From: a virus
Virus record (IMG/VR): IMGVR_UViG_3300033148_006706
Coordinates: 64,001 to 128,000 of that record
Direction: 5' to 3' (one strand)
DNA: 64,000 nucleotides
The notes beneath the pieces were generated by a model. That model saw nothing but the letters and a program-made list of their open reading frames with translations, had not been told where the DNA came from and did not search any database. Positions 47,829 to 57,873 of this stretch are shown in pieces; the stretch's first letter is position 1, and each line of letters starts with the position of its first letter. The translations under genes were made by a program, and so were the position numbers.

Positions 47829-47836
47829 TTAAATAT

Positions 47837-48211
47837 TTAAATACAAAACTGATCTACGCAAACCAGCATTGATACTCGATCAGCTAGTTTGCATACCCTA
47901 GCCTTTCCCAACGGCCGACCGCTTGCCTTTATTGCGGTTAGCGTCGGGAAAGACACCAAAACGATATCGACGCTGCTGTCAGCCTCAAGCTCATCAAGAG
48001 CTTGAATGATAGCTGGAGGCAGCTCAAAAGCCATCTCCACATCGACCCAACCTCTAGAATTCTCGATCTTTTTCTCGATTTGCTTGACCGAGAATCTTCT
48101 TACAGTTTCACAGTCGACACGTGACAGCACCGTGCCATCTGTGAACTTGAAATCGTGCGGACTGGAGAAATTTACAACTCGCAGTCCATTCTTCAATTTT
48201 ACTTTTGTCAT
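47837..48211 (-). CDS. Hypothetical protein, first gene of early operon
   Basis: AGGAGG RBS before MTKVKLKNG. Confidence 0.6.
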   Translation of the reverse strand: MTKVKLKNGLRVVNFSSPHDFKFTDGTVLSRVDCETVRRFSVKQIEKKIENSRGWVDVEMAFELPPAIIQALDELEADSSVDIVLVSFPTLTAIKASGRPLGKARVCKLADRVSMLVCVDQFCI

Positions 48212-48242
48212 TTTTCCTCCTAATCTAATCATTTTTTCGTTT

Positions 48243-48332
48243 CCAGCCGCGTGGGATTCGAACCCACCCCGGCTAATGCCGGTTCCCGCATCGGAATTTC
48301 ACCTTGCGGCCGATGCCCCTGTCTGCAGCCAG
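48243..48332 (-). ncRNA. Structured tRNA-like leader RNA (non-canonical cloverleaf)
   Basis: T-arm GTGGG-TTCGAAT-CCCAC; closing helix CTGGCTGC/GCGGCTGG; arms GCATCGG/CCGATGC and CCGGC/GCCGG. Confidence 0.55.
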
Positions 48333-48390
48333 GCGTCCGGGACTTTTTTACGGTGGGACACTCACCGAAATTTCATTTTTAATTAACTGC

Positions 48391-48419
48391 ATTATACCCC
48401 CCTTTGCAAAAAAAGTCAA
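48391..48419 (-). promoter_or_regulatory. Host sigma70-type early promoter TTGACT-N17-TATAAT
   Basis: Near-consensus -35/-10 with 17-nt spacer and A/T tracts upstream (UP-like). Confidence 0.85.
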
Positions 48420-48534
48420 TAGTTTTTTCTAAAAAAATAAAAAAATTTTAATTTTTTTCTGGAAAAATAGTAAACACATGTTTACTACTCCTATATCTCT
48501 AAAATCTCTAATTCTCCTGTCAAATTTAAGATTG

Positions 48535-51222
48535 CTATATCAGCTCATCCCCAAATCCCCATACCTGATTTTTATCATAATAATCAGCTATATTTATTTC
48601 AAGTTCAAGTGGAATTCCTTTATTCTCCGGTCTATCTTTCTCAAATTCTTCTTTTGCTACTTTAAACAACTCATTTACCTCTTCTCTATGTGTATATCCT
48701 ACAATAGCGTCATGTACATTTCCACATAATCTGCTTTTCAAATTATTTTCTTTAATATATTTGTTTAATTTAATAGCCATTAATATCATAATTGCGTTTT
48801 CATAACTTTGTACTGGAGAATTTAACGCTATATTTTTAAGATTTTTAATCACTCCTTTTCTATCATCCTTTCCTTGATATTTTAATTGTGGCAGTCTCCT
48901 GATTGCCCCAAACGGGCTTCTTACGTACCCATCAATTTCAGCCTGCCCTTTTATCTCATTTGTACCCACAATTTTATCTATCCAACTCTTCAATCCACTA
49001 TATTTTTCAAAATATTTACCTCTTATATCACTAGCTACTGCCCAACATTTAGCAAAATAAGATTTATTAGAAATAGATTTAAACATATCAGATTTATCAT
49101 CATTTAATAATGAAAGCATTTTATCAACCTTGTTTTGCAAATTAAAATCATTTATATATTTAATTACGTCCCTCTCACCCCATTCTTTCTCAATAACAGT
49201 TTTAGCAAAATTAAAAGCTGTTGCACCGAATTCTAATTGAAAATTGATTCCCTTGGCTTTAAATCTTATCTCTTTTATATTATCATCCCCAGCTTTTTTT
49301 AATTTAATAAACTCTTCAAGAGATAAATCCCTTCTTAGTACAAATTGAGCAGTCATACTATGCATATCGCCACCCAATTCTGTAAAAACCTTCTTCATTT
49401 CTTTATCTTGACTATAAATAGCTCCAATACGTAACTGAAATCCCGATGCGTCTTTTTCATCTATAACATAATCCTCGCTCGGGGGAATAAATATCCTGCG
49501 ATACCATTTAGCTCTTTCTCCGTGTTTCGGAATATTTTGTCCATTCGGGTTTTGACTCCAATTCCTGTGAGAACTTGTAAGAAAGGGGCCAAATGTGGGG
49601 TGTATTCTATCATCACGCTTCCTATATTGAAAGAATCCTGAATTATCTTCTCTTTTGCCCACAAAGGTATTCATAAGAGTCTTCAGGGCCCTGTACTCTT
49701 GAATAAGCTTAGCCTCTTTATGTCCATCGTTAATCCATTGAATTAACTGATCATCTCCAGTTAAATATATATTATTTATTTTTAAATCTGCATTTAATTT
49801 TTTAATTAAACCGGGCTTAGGCTTTTCTTTACTTCTGCCATAATCTTTCCATCCTAACATTTCCAATACAGCCCCCAATTCATTACCGCTATCCAGGTCA
49901 AAGTCAACTTTTAAAGATTTTATTATTTCATCTTTTTTTTCACTTATTAATTTCTCCAATTCTAATGAATATTTTTCAAGTAAATTCCAATCAACACACA
50001 TCCCCTCTAATTCTATATCTAGAAAAACATTCACAGCTGGCATAACAATATCATAAAAATATTTTTTTAAACTCCATTGGCTCTCAGGAAATTTTTCTTG
50101 TACAGGAAAGGCTCTATCAATTCTTTCTATTTCCTTTACTTGTTGTTCATATATCTGATATGTAACAATAGCATCCATAATAGCATAGGGATATCTAACT
50201 TCTTCTGGAATCCTGCTATAATCATTTTTACATTCAGGATATTTCTTTTTATACAAGTCTAATTCTCTATCATATCCCCCGTGTATTGTATAGAGCCATG
50301 CATCACTTTTAAGTGATGAGCGTTGCATTTCGTTTATAACATGACTGGCATTCCATGTATCATGATATATGTTGATATTTTCTCTAGGAACCCCTTTTAG
50401 AATGAAAAATTTTGTATCATATTTTCCATTTTGCATGATAAGCATTTTATTCTTAATAAATTCTGAAAAAAGATATATATCAACTTTCTTCCAATCTAAT
50501 AAGTAACCGGTTATACCATCAAAGGAGATAGTTACTTCGAGTATTTCGCTATCAGGATGCCAGGGATCTAGTAATTTAGTTTCAATATCACAGGCCATCT
50601 TACAAGCTTTATCTTTATTAGCCTGCAGCCACACGTTAGGGTCCTCAATTACTTCTTTCTTTATTCTTTGTTTTTCTATTTTCGGAAATTCTATCATAAA
50701 AGCGTTTCTAATTTGATGTTTAGCAAAAATGTAAGACCAATTATCAAGGATTTTATTTTTTCTAGGGTTGATAAAATTATATAAATTGTCAATCGGGAAA
50801 ATTATAGAATCTAAATCAGGAGCATAAAAATAAGTTTTGTTAAATATAATATCATAAAAACCTTTGATATCTAAATCGTCGCTTTTAATAATAGAATATA
50901 ACGCCCTGCCTACTGTAATAATTTTACTTTTTGGTTTTATATACTGCTTCAAGTCTATACATCTGTCGGCATAAAAATCAATTATTTTATTTGGTTCTTT
51001 ATCTAAATTGAAATTGAAACAGTTCAAGACAAGTATATCTGCATCAACTATACTAGAAATAAATCTTAAGAAAATTTCTCTAGTTTTATAATTATAATTT
51101 TTATCTAAAACAACTACAAAATCATAAGATTGATCTTTATTAGATTTAAATACTACTGAATCGATCATATTATAATATTTTTTAATATCGAGGTTTCTAT
51201 TTAGAGGCTTACTAAAAATCAA
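48535..51222 (-). CDS. polA: DNA polymerase family A with 3'-5' exonuclease and N-terminal UDG-like region
   Basis: Exo CDIET, NGKYD, YAIMD; motif A DASGFQLR, motif B RFKAKGINFQLEFG, motif C VHD. Confidence 0.9.
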   Translation of the reverse strand: MIFSKPLNRNLDIKKYYNMIDSVVFKSNKDQSYDFVVVLDKNYNYKTREIFLRFISSIVDADILVLNCFNFNLDKEPNKIIDFYADRCIDLKQYIKPKSKIITVGRALYSIIKSDDLDIKGFYDIIFNKTYFYAPDLDSIIFPIDNLYNFINPRKNKILDNWSYIFAKHQIRNAFMIEFPKIEKQRIKKEVIEDPNVWLQANKDKACKMACDIETKLLDPWHPDSEILEVTISFDGITGYLLDWKKVDIYLFSEFIKNKMLIMQNGKYDTKFFILKGVPRENINIYHDTWNASHVINEMQRSSLKSDAWLYTIHGGYDRELDLYKKKYPECKNDYSRIPEEVRYPYAIMDAIVTYQIYEQQVKEIERIDRAFPVQEKFPESQWSLKKYFYDIVMPAVNVFLDIELEGMCVDWNLLEKYSLELEKLISEKKDEIIKSLKVDFDLDSGNELGAVLEMLGWKDYGRSKEKPKPGLIKKLNADLKINNIYLTGDDQLIQWINDGHKEAKLIQEYRALKTLMNTFVGKREDNSGFFQYRKRDDRIHPTFGPFLTSSHRNWSQNPNGQNIPKHGERAKWYRRIFIPPSEDYVIDEKDASGFQLRIGAIYSQDKEMKKVFTELGGDMHSMTAQFVLRRDLSLEEFIKLKKAGDDNIKEIRFKAKGINFQLEFGATAFNFAKTVIEKEWGERDVIKYINDFNLQNKVDKMLSLLNDDKSDMFKSISNKSYFAKCWAVASDIRGKYFEKYSGLKSWIDKIVGTNEIKGQAEIDGYVRSPFGAIRRLPQLKYQGKDDRKGVIKNLKNIALNSPVQSYENAIMILMAIKLNKYIKENNLKSRLCGNVHDAIVGYTHREEVNELFKVAKEEFEKDRPENKGIPLELEINIADYYDKNQVWGFGDELI

Positions 51223-51288
51223 TTTGCTCCCCTTTTGCTTCGATATCTATTTCAAGATTAGTTGCTTTAATAAAGTTTAAACAATTAT

Positions 51289-52284
51289 TTATCTTTCATT
51301 ATTAACATAAGGTATTTGCTTGATCATTCCATTCCACAATTTAACAAGATATAATTCGGGAAATTTACCTCCTCCCGCTTGCTTATGTCCATGAATATTA
51401 TGCAAGTTATTTACATCAAACCCTTCCCTAGCCCTCACTGACACTTTCCCGTTTACAGCCTTTTTATTACCCCCCTGAAATGTATTAATATTAATTATAT
51501 ATACAATATCATCATATTTCTCAAGCAGCTTAGAGCAAACAATACTTACTCTAGAAGAACCATAATAAAGAATAAATTTATTTCCTCTATTATCAATTCT
51601 AATTTTCATATTCTGTTCAGCATTTAATAGCTCTTCCTGTTCTTTAGCGATGCCCTCCTGTATAATGTTATGTTCATAATCTGTCCAATACCAATCTCCT
51701 CCCTTCTCAAATTTAGAAAGCTGGAGATGAATAAAGGGCATAAACTTCTGCCAGGTTTTCTCTTTCGCTTCATAATCTGTACATTTCCAAAGTACTCTAT
51801 TAAGATTTTGAGCTTCTTCCCATAAAGGGGAGCCTTTATTCCAAGTATCATATATATTTATTAAATCAACAAAATGTTTCACAATCTCAGGAATTGTTTT
51901 TTTCTTATCTTTAATAAGCCATTCGTAAAAAAGTAAAGTTCCTGATTTTGATATATCCACATAAATATTATCGTCTGAGGGGAGTTCCAAGGACATCTCA
52001 TGGTGGTCAAAAATAAAGTAATTTTTAAAATTACATTTAATATAATTAAAAAAAGAAACGCTAATTGAAAAATCAGTTATAAATATAATATTATCCTTTC
52101 CCTTATAATCTTCAACTATATACTTCTCGTCATCATTTTTCTCTTCACCATATATAACAGGAATATACTGATCAATTGGCAGTTCAAAATATTTAGATAA
52201 AATTATAGGAGCAATACCGTCCAAGTCTATATAATGTGTCAATAAGATATTCATTTTAAACATAAACCCCCATTTAAGAAACAT
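51289..52284 (-). CDS. DHH-family phosphoesterase
   Basis: THYIDLDG, TDFS, DHH, GHKQAGG. Confidence 0.85.
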   Translation of the reverse strand: MFLKWGFMFKMNILLTHYIDLDGIAPIILSKYFELPIDQYIPVIYGEEKNDDEKYIVEDYKGKDNIIFITDFSISVSFFNYIKCNFKNYFIFDHHEMSLELPSDDNIYVDISKSGTLLFYEWLIKDKKKTIPEIVKHFVDLINIYDTWNKGSPLWEEAQNLNRVLWKCTDYEAKEKTWQKFMPFIHLQLSKFEKGGDWYWTDYEHNIIQEGIAKEQEELLNAEQNMKIRIDNRGNKFILYYGSSRVSIVCSKLLEKYDDIVYIININTFQGGNKKAVNGKVSVRAREGFDVNNLHNIHGHKQAGGGKFPELYLVKLWNGMIKQIPYVNNER

Positions 52285-52312
52285 TAACTAAAAAAACAAC
52301 TCAATATTTCTT

Positions 52313-52900
52313 TCAATCATTGTTTAGTTCCAGTTCTTTTAATTTTAAAAATCCATGTTTCCATTCATTCCATATTTTATTATTACTCAGATCCTCCTTT
52401 AAACTTCCTACATTTCTAATAATGTACGAGGGATGATATAAAGGAAAAATTGTATACCCAAAATCATCATCCTGTAATATCTTCTCTTTATACTTACCAA
52501 TACCATTTAGTCCAAAGGCTTTTAATGCGTTATCTCCAAAAGGCACAACAATAGTATATCCTTTCTCCTTTAAGAATTTAAGTTCATTATATAAACCTTT
52601 CTTACAGTAACGAACCGCTTTTATCGAATCCGGATGAAAAAAATTATTATTGGGCGGCCTGCAAGAAATTCTATTTGTCACCCATTGTATATTTCTCTTA
52701 ATGCCTACTTCAGCTAACATTTTATTAAGAGCTTGCCCAGCCCGCCCTACAAAAGGGCGTTTTAATCTATCTTCATCTTTTCCAGGAGCTTCTCCCATAA
52801 ATATGATCCTACCTCCATACGCCCCCTCGCCCCACACCTTATTTTGTCTTTTAAATGGACAGAAATTACATTCGCTTTCTTTCCTTATAAATTTAAACAT
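52313..52900 (-). CDS. Uracil-DNA glycosylase family 4-like
   Basis: CxxCP, GEAPG, PFVGRAG, CRPPNN, HPSY. Confidence 0.9.
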   Translation of the reverse strand: MFKFIRKESECNFCPFKRQNKVWGEGAYGGRIIFMGEAPGKDEDRLKRPFVGRAGQALNKMLAEVGIKRNIQWVTNRISCRPPNNNFFHPDSIKAVRYCKKGLYNELKFLKEKGYTIVVPFGDNALKAFGLNGIGKYKEKILQDDDFGYTIFPLYHPSYIIRNVGSLKEDLSNNKIWNEWKHGFLKLKELELNND

Positions 52901-52937
52901 CTTATTTATGTTCTCCTCAATAATAGATAATTAAAAT

Positions 52938-54770
52938 TCACACATCGCCTTTAAAAATATTTTTCCACTCGTCCTTACTTAAAGTTTCTTTTTGAAATAA
53001 TTTCTCATCGAGATCAGTTTTTTGAATCAAAGCTTTTTCAATATACTCATCTAAACTTTCTTCAAAAATTATAGGATTAATAATAACCCGTTTACTTTGT
53101 CCAATACGGTGAAATCTTTTTATACTCTGACTCCAATTTGTATAGCTAAAATCACGACTGAAATAAATTACCCGAGAGCATTCAGTTAAATTTATTGCTG
53201 TACTCATTACTCGAAAACTGCCAACGAGCAGATTACTATCCTTATCTTGCTTGAATCTTTCTATCTTAGCATCTCGTTCTTCTTGAGTTTTTTCAGTATT
53301 GCCGTGTATAGTAATTGGATTATATTTGCTATACCGTTCTGAAAGTAAATCAATTGTTCTCGGATGAAAATCAAAAATAACCAGTTTTTCCTTTTCTTCA
53401 TTTAAATAATTATTTACAAGAGAATCAAGAATATCAATCTTTCCATGATGCTTTTCAAATTTAAACTTTTTTACAAGGTCTGCTAATGTGCGTGAATAAA
53501 CAGGGTCAATCTTCCCTTTTAACAACTCAGCATTTTCATAAGCGAGCGAAATATATGCAAATTTATTTCTTAACTTTTTTGGTACTAATCTTCCATCGTT
53601 CTCTTTCTTGATAATTGTAATAACATAATTAACAAGAGCCTCGTAGATTTGTTTCTGCAAATCACTTAATTCTGCATATACATTTTTAATATATAATTTA
53701 GGCAATTCAAGAACTTCATCTGATTTATATCGTACTACTAACTTTTTAAACTGCTTTTCCCACCATTCTTGTTTATCTTTATAAACATAATTTACGGCAT
53801 AATCACTAAATCTATTACCTATATTAGCAATATCATCAATCCACTGGTAGTATGATTTGCCTATTATATTATTATCAAGAAAAGTTATCTGATTGTATAT
53901 TTCATCAAATCTATTTGGAGTAGGAGTTCCAGTAAGCACATATCGAAAATCAAAATACTGTTTATGCAAAAGAATTACTTTAGCCTGTCGAGATTGAATA
54001 GACTTAATATTATGAGACTCATCAAGTATAATAGCTCGTTTATTACCAAATAAATCCCAAGGGATGACAGGTTTTCTATATTTTTTATTTAACCTACCAT
54101 TATTTAACTTTCTAAACCAATCATCACTAAGCGTTAAGTAATGCCGATATGTCATGATAATTACCTTAACATTAGACAGGTCTTGTTCAAATGGATTTCT
54201 ATTACTATTCGCTTGTGATATTAATATATTATCTTTCGTAAGAAAATTAGAGAAATGAAGTAATTCTCTTCTCCAGTTATAAACGCCTTCTGAAGGCGAT
54301 ACGATTACGATTTTATCAATTTCGTTTTCAGCATACAATTGATTCAGTAAAGAAGTAACAATATACGTCTTTCCAGTACCCATTTGAAGAAACAATGCAA
54401 GTCTATTCTGTTTAATACCTTTTCGTATTGCGTCAAGTTGAAAATTCTCATAGGGCGGTTTCCCCTTAATAGGCGGCACGATAAGATACTTCTCATCAAA
54501 TATTTTCCTTCTAAATTCTGTTTCCGGTTGTGTTTCTTTAAGAGATTGCTGCATCATTTCTTCTTCATTTCTAACAATAATCGTATCAATCTCTTCAAGT
54601 TTGTATTTAATCTTTATAAAAGAAGAAGCCTTACCATACCATGCTTTATACTCAGGGTCATACCGAAATTCTTTAGTACTTTTTATAATATCTTTTATAC
54701 TATTGAAATAATCACCATTGAATTTTATACCAACCAACTTAGCTGGCTCATTATACTCTACCTTAATCAT
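52938..54770 (-). CDS. SNF2-family helicase
   Basis: MGTGKT, DESH, LTGTP, RFHRIGQ. Confidence 0.9.
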   Translation of the reverse strand: MIKVEYNEPAKLVGIKFNGDYFNSIKDIIKSTKEFRYDPEYKAWYGKASSFIKIKYKLEEIDTIIVRNEEEMMQQSLKETQPETEFRRKIFDEKYLIVPPIKGKPPYENFQLDAIRKGIKQNRLALFLQMGTGKTYIVTSLLNQLYAENEIDKIVIVSPSEGVYNWRRELLHFSNFLTKDNILISQANSNRNPFEQDLSNVKVIIMTYRHYLTLSDDWFRKLNNGRLNKKYRKPVIPWDLFGNKRAIILDESHNIKSIQSRQAKVILLHKQYFDFRYVLTGTPTPNRFDEIYNQITFLDNNIIGKSYYQWIDDIANIGNRFSDYAVNYVYKDKQEWWEKQFKKLVVRYKSDEVLELPKLYIKNVYAELSDLQKQIYEALVNYVITIIKKENDGRLVPKKLRNKFAYISLAYENAELLKGKIDPVYSRTLADLVKKFKFEKHHGKIDILDSLVNNYLNEEKEKLVIFDFHPRTIDLLSERYSKYNPITIHGNTEKTQEERDAKIERFKQDKDSNLLVGSFRVMSTAINLTECSRVIYFSRDFSYTNWSQSIKRFHRIGQSKRVIINPIIFEESLDEYIEKALIQKTDLDEKLFQKETLSKDEWKNIFKGDV

Positions 54771-54774
54771 TTTT

Positions 54775-55740
54775 TTATCTCCTTCTCATTTTGGGCGGAT
54801 TAAATAGAATTTTTGCAGGATCCTTTTCTTTTTCTGCATCCTCTCTACATATATAAATATACATTTTTTTATCTATTTCTTTAATGTCAAATCCCAGAAT
54901 TTTATAAATTATTTCAAGCGCTTTCGGATTAAATTTGCCTGGTATAATGTATTGATCAATTTCTTCTTCCTTTATTGGAAAGAAAGATATAAGCTGGTGA
55001 TTAAGATTAAGTCTGTTTTTATTTTTTCTAAACTCATTTTTAACTTTATCGCTTATGTAATCTATAATATCCAAATTCTCTAGTATTTCATACACATCTT
55101 TATATTCACTACATAACCTCTCAACTATTTTAGTCTGTATTCTCGGCACACCAACAGGAATTTCATCACTTGCGTCACCTTTTATCACTTTGTATAAAGT
55201 TACAGAATCTACAGTGGGTTTAAAGTTATATTTATTAATAAAAGCACATAAATCAATAATTTGCTTATTTCTATATAGGTGTGTATTTTCACTAATACAG
55301 CGAGCCCAATCTAGATCTTCAGATATAAGCAAGTTTTTACTTTCTTTTGAAATATTTTTTAATATATAAGGAACAATATCATCGGCCTCATATCCTGTAC
55401 CATAAACTATTACATATTGTTCGCTTTTATTAAGAAGAATAAGTCGTAAATAGTCCATTCCCTTGTAGAAATGTTTAGGCCTTCTAAATCGAATCATTTT
55501 ATAACCGGGATCAATCATTTCTTGTCGTAAATTATACTTAGAATCATGGTTATCAAATAAAAACCAAAATTTTGTATTCTTTTTAGCGAAATTCCTCTCC
55601 CATTTCAATACGGAATTTAAAAATCCCCATATCCCCCCTGTTATTATAGTGCGCCCCTTTACTCGATGGGTCATATTTTTAAATATAGAATAATTTCGAG
55701 TATACCAAAGATTTGAATCTACTAAAATATTATCATACAT
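54775..55740 (-). CDS. 5'-3' exonuclease (flap endonuclease-like)
   Basis: LVD, FD, YEADD, SEDLD, GDASDEIPVGV. Confidence 0.85.
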   Translation of the reverse strand: MYDNILVDSNLWYTRNYSIFKNMTHRVKGRTIITGGIWGFLNSVLKWERNFAKKNTKFWFLFDNHDSKYNLRQEMIDPGYKMIRFRRPKHFYKGMDYLRLILLNKSEQYVIVYGTGYEADDIVPYILKNISKESKNLLISEDLDWARCISENTHLYRNKQIIDLCAFINKYNFKPTVDSVTLYKVIKGDASDEIPVGVPRIQTKIVERLCSEYKDVYEILENLDIIDYISDKVKNEFRKNKNRLNLNHQLISFFPIKEEEIDQYIIPGKFNPKALEIIYKILGFDIKEIDKKMYIYICREDAEKEKDPAKILFNPPKMRRR

Positions 55741-55746
55741 ATAGTA

Positions 55747-56142
55747 TCATTCAGTTAATGTATCCTGTAAATATAATCGAAATATTTCTTTTAACATATT
55801 CTTATTTGAACTTATTTGTTGTAAGAAATTATCTAAATTTTTATTATCATTTACAATACTTTCAATATCTGTTTCCTTAAAAGCATCATATCTTCTTATT
55901 AATTGTTCAAATTTTTCTTCATTTTCTATTTTCTCATTATTCAAGTTAAACGGAATATATTTATTAATTGCCTCAACAGAGAATATATTTAATTTAATAA
56001 GAAAAAGTTTAATAAAAACTATCAACTCTTCGGGACTAACATCCCCCATTAAATCCAAGGTACTTGTATAATTATCATCTACATTATTACTATAGTCTTT
56101 ATAAATGTATTGTATCTTAAGTTCATGTATAATTGCCGACAT
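55747..56142 (-). CDS. Hypothetical protein
   Basis: AAGGAG upstream. Confidence 0.5.
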   Translation of the reverse strand: MSAIIHELKIQYIYKDYSNNVDDNYTSTLDLMGDVSPEELIVFIKLFLIKLNIFSVEAINKYIPFNLNNEKIENEEKFEQLIRRYDAFKETDIESIVNDNKNLDNFLQQISSNKNMLKEIFRLYLQDTLTE

Positions 56143-56179
56143 AATTTATTAATCTGCTCCTTTTAATACTAATTAATAG

Positions 56180-57556
56180 TTACTCCGTCACCTTACTGTA
56201 ATCCGGTTGATAGTAAAAGGTAGAAATCTTCCCCCTTTTTTTATGCCATAAGTGCGCTTGCGCTTCTTTAAGATGACTGTGACCTTCAGCATAAGCCCAT
56301 GCACTTATAGGAGCAATAGATGGGAGTACAAGTACTCTTACTCCCATTTTTTCCATTACCGAGTATGCATGAAGGTGCCCAGTATGAATCTCTCTAAACT
56401 CAGTTTTACCCCAAAGTTCAGGCACTTCTCTTGCCATAATAAGCGGAATACTATCTATTTTTTTCTTTCTCCCGCCACTTTTCGTACCATGATCAAATCC
56501 GATAAGACATTTGCCCCATCTATAGTATTTCCGAAGCTTAGGTTCATTATCAATTTCTACTTGATTTGTTGTACGATAATGATGCTTTAATGTCTCACCT
56601 AGATAATAGGCCCTTTGTACATCATGATTTCCGGGAATAATAGGAACAATAACGTTGGCAATTGTTAAAAGCATATCGATTCCTCGTATTGCCATTTCCA
56701 CTCCATAAGTGAAGCTCTTTTGATATCTACAGTCTTCATGCTGTACGGTACCGGAAAACGTTGTGTTTTGAGCATTATCAACATTAAAATAATCGTTGCC
56801 TATTGGAAACAAAATTCTCGAAATATCGTATTCCTTACAAACTTTAATAATATTATCTACACATTCTATAAATTTTTCTCTCGTAACTTTAATATCATAA
56901 TTTGCATCGCCCGTTTCTTCTCCCCATGCAAGTAGTCCTAGATGTGTATCAGGAATAGAAACTTCTAACATAAGATCGTTATTCTTTATGTTTCTCTTAA
57001 TTTCGGGATATTCAAATTTATAATCTTTAAGAAACTTCTTAATTTTCTTAGCTGCTGTTTCTATAGACTCCTCTTTTCTTCTTTCAAAAACAGCTTTTAT
57101 TTTACATTGATAATTTCTATTTACTACCCATTGATTCTTTTTAGTAGATGTGCCGTTTATAACGCCATCGTTCCATGACAAGTCTTGCTCTTTATATTTT
57201 GCTGATACGTCCCAGTAGTTCGTAGTAATTGTATAATTTCTTACTTTCCATACCGCCATATCGATTTCAGCATAAGTAATCAAATCTTCTAAAGTTTTAA
57301 TATCCGGAGATACCGATACAATCGTCTGTTTTTTGTCGCTTACTGTTCTTGTAATAGTTGTTTTATTTGAATTGTTAAAATCTTTCTTAAACTCTACACG
57401 TAATATTCTTGTTATGTTATCATTAAAAGTTTCATAAGTAAAATTACTTAAAACCTCCCTTTTACACTGATCTATATTATTTCTTACCCAATCTTCTCCT
57501 TTTTCTTTTAAATAAAAACGAATCCACTCTGTAGAGTATTTAAATCTTTTATCCAA
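56180..57556 (-). CDS. Calcineurin-like metallophosphoesterase
   Basis: DTH, GND, GNHD, HG, GHLH motifs. Confidence 0.8.
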   Translation of the reverse strand: MDKRFKYSTEWIRFYLKEKGEDWVRNNIDQCKREVLSNFTYETFNDNITRILRVEFKKDFNNSNKTTITRTVSDKKQTIVSVSPDIKTLEDLITYAEIDMAVWKVRNYTITTNYWDVSAKYKEQDLSWNDGVINGTSTKKNQWVVNRNYQCKIKAVFERRKEESIETAAKKIKKFLKDYKFEYPEIKRNIKNNDLMLEVSIPDTHLGLLAWGEETGDANYDIKVTREKFIECVDNIIKVCKEYDISRILFPIGNDYFNVDNAQNTTFSGTVQHEDCRYQKSFTYGVEMAIRGIDMLLTIANVIVPIIPGNHDVQRAYYLGETLKHHYRTTNQVEIDNEPKLRKYYRWGKCLIGFDHGTKSGGRKKKIDSIPLIMAREVPELWGKTEFREIHTGHLHAYSVMEKMGVRVLVLPSIAPISAWAYAEGHSHLKEAQAHLWHKKRGKISTFYYQPDYSKVTE

Positions 57557-57857
57557 CCCCTTTTTTTCTCCTTCTTTTTTTAATCTGTTTGTGATGAAAA
57601 TCTAATTTATGCCCCCTCCTTCTTGATTTCTTAGCCTCTAATCTTCTCTCTTCTCTATTTTTAATTCCGGGCAGGGTAAGAAACTTTTTTATAATTGTTC
57701 GATTATTAACAACATATCTTTTTTGATAAGCGTAATCTTCAAACTTTCTGACAACAGAGTATTTTCCTTTTGGAAAAAAATCATTAAGATTTTTTCCTTC
57801 TGGAATTTTTTTTACATCTTCTTCAGTATAAAAAAGAACATGACCTATTATTCTCAT
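57549..57857 (-). CDS. Hypothetical basic protein
   Basis: AGGAG RBS; very basic C-terminus. Confidence 0.5.
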   Translation of the reverse strand: MRIIGHVLFYTEEDVKKIPEGKNLNDFFPKGKYSVVRKFEDYAYQKRYVVNNRTIIKKFLTLPGIKNREERRLEAKKSRRRGHKLDFHHKQIKKRRRKKGVG

Positions 57858-57873
57858 AATTATTTATGCTCTC

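Noticed and set aside
42597-48332. Canonical tRNA genes or a CRISPR array
   Set aside because: Elements lack anticodon arms and CCA; they are separated by whole genes rather than 30-40 nt spacers; no cas genes
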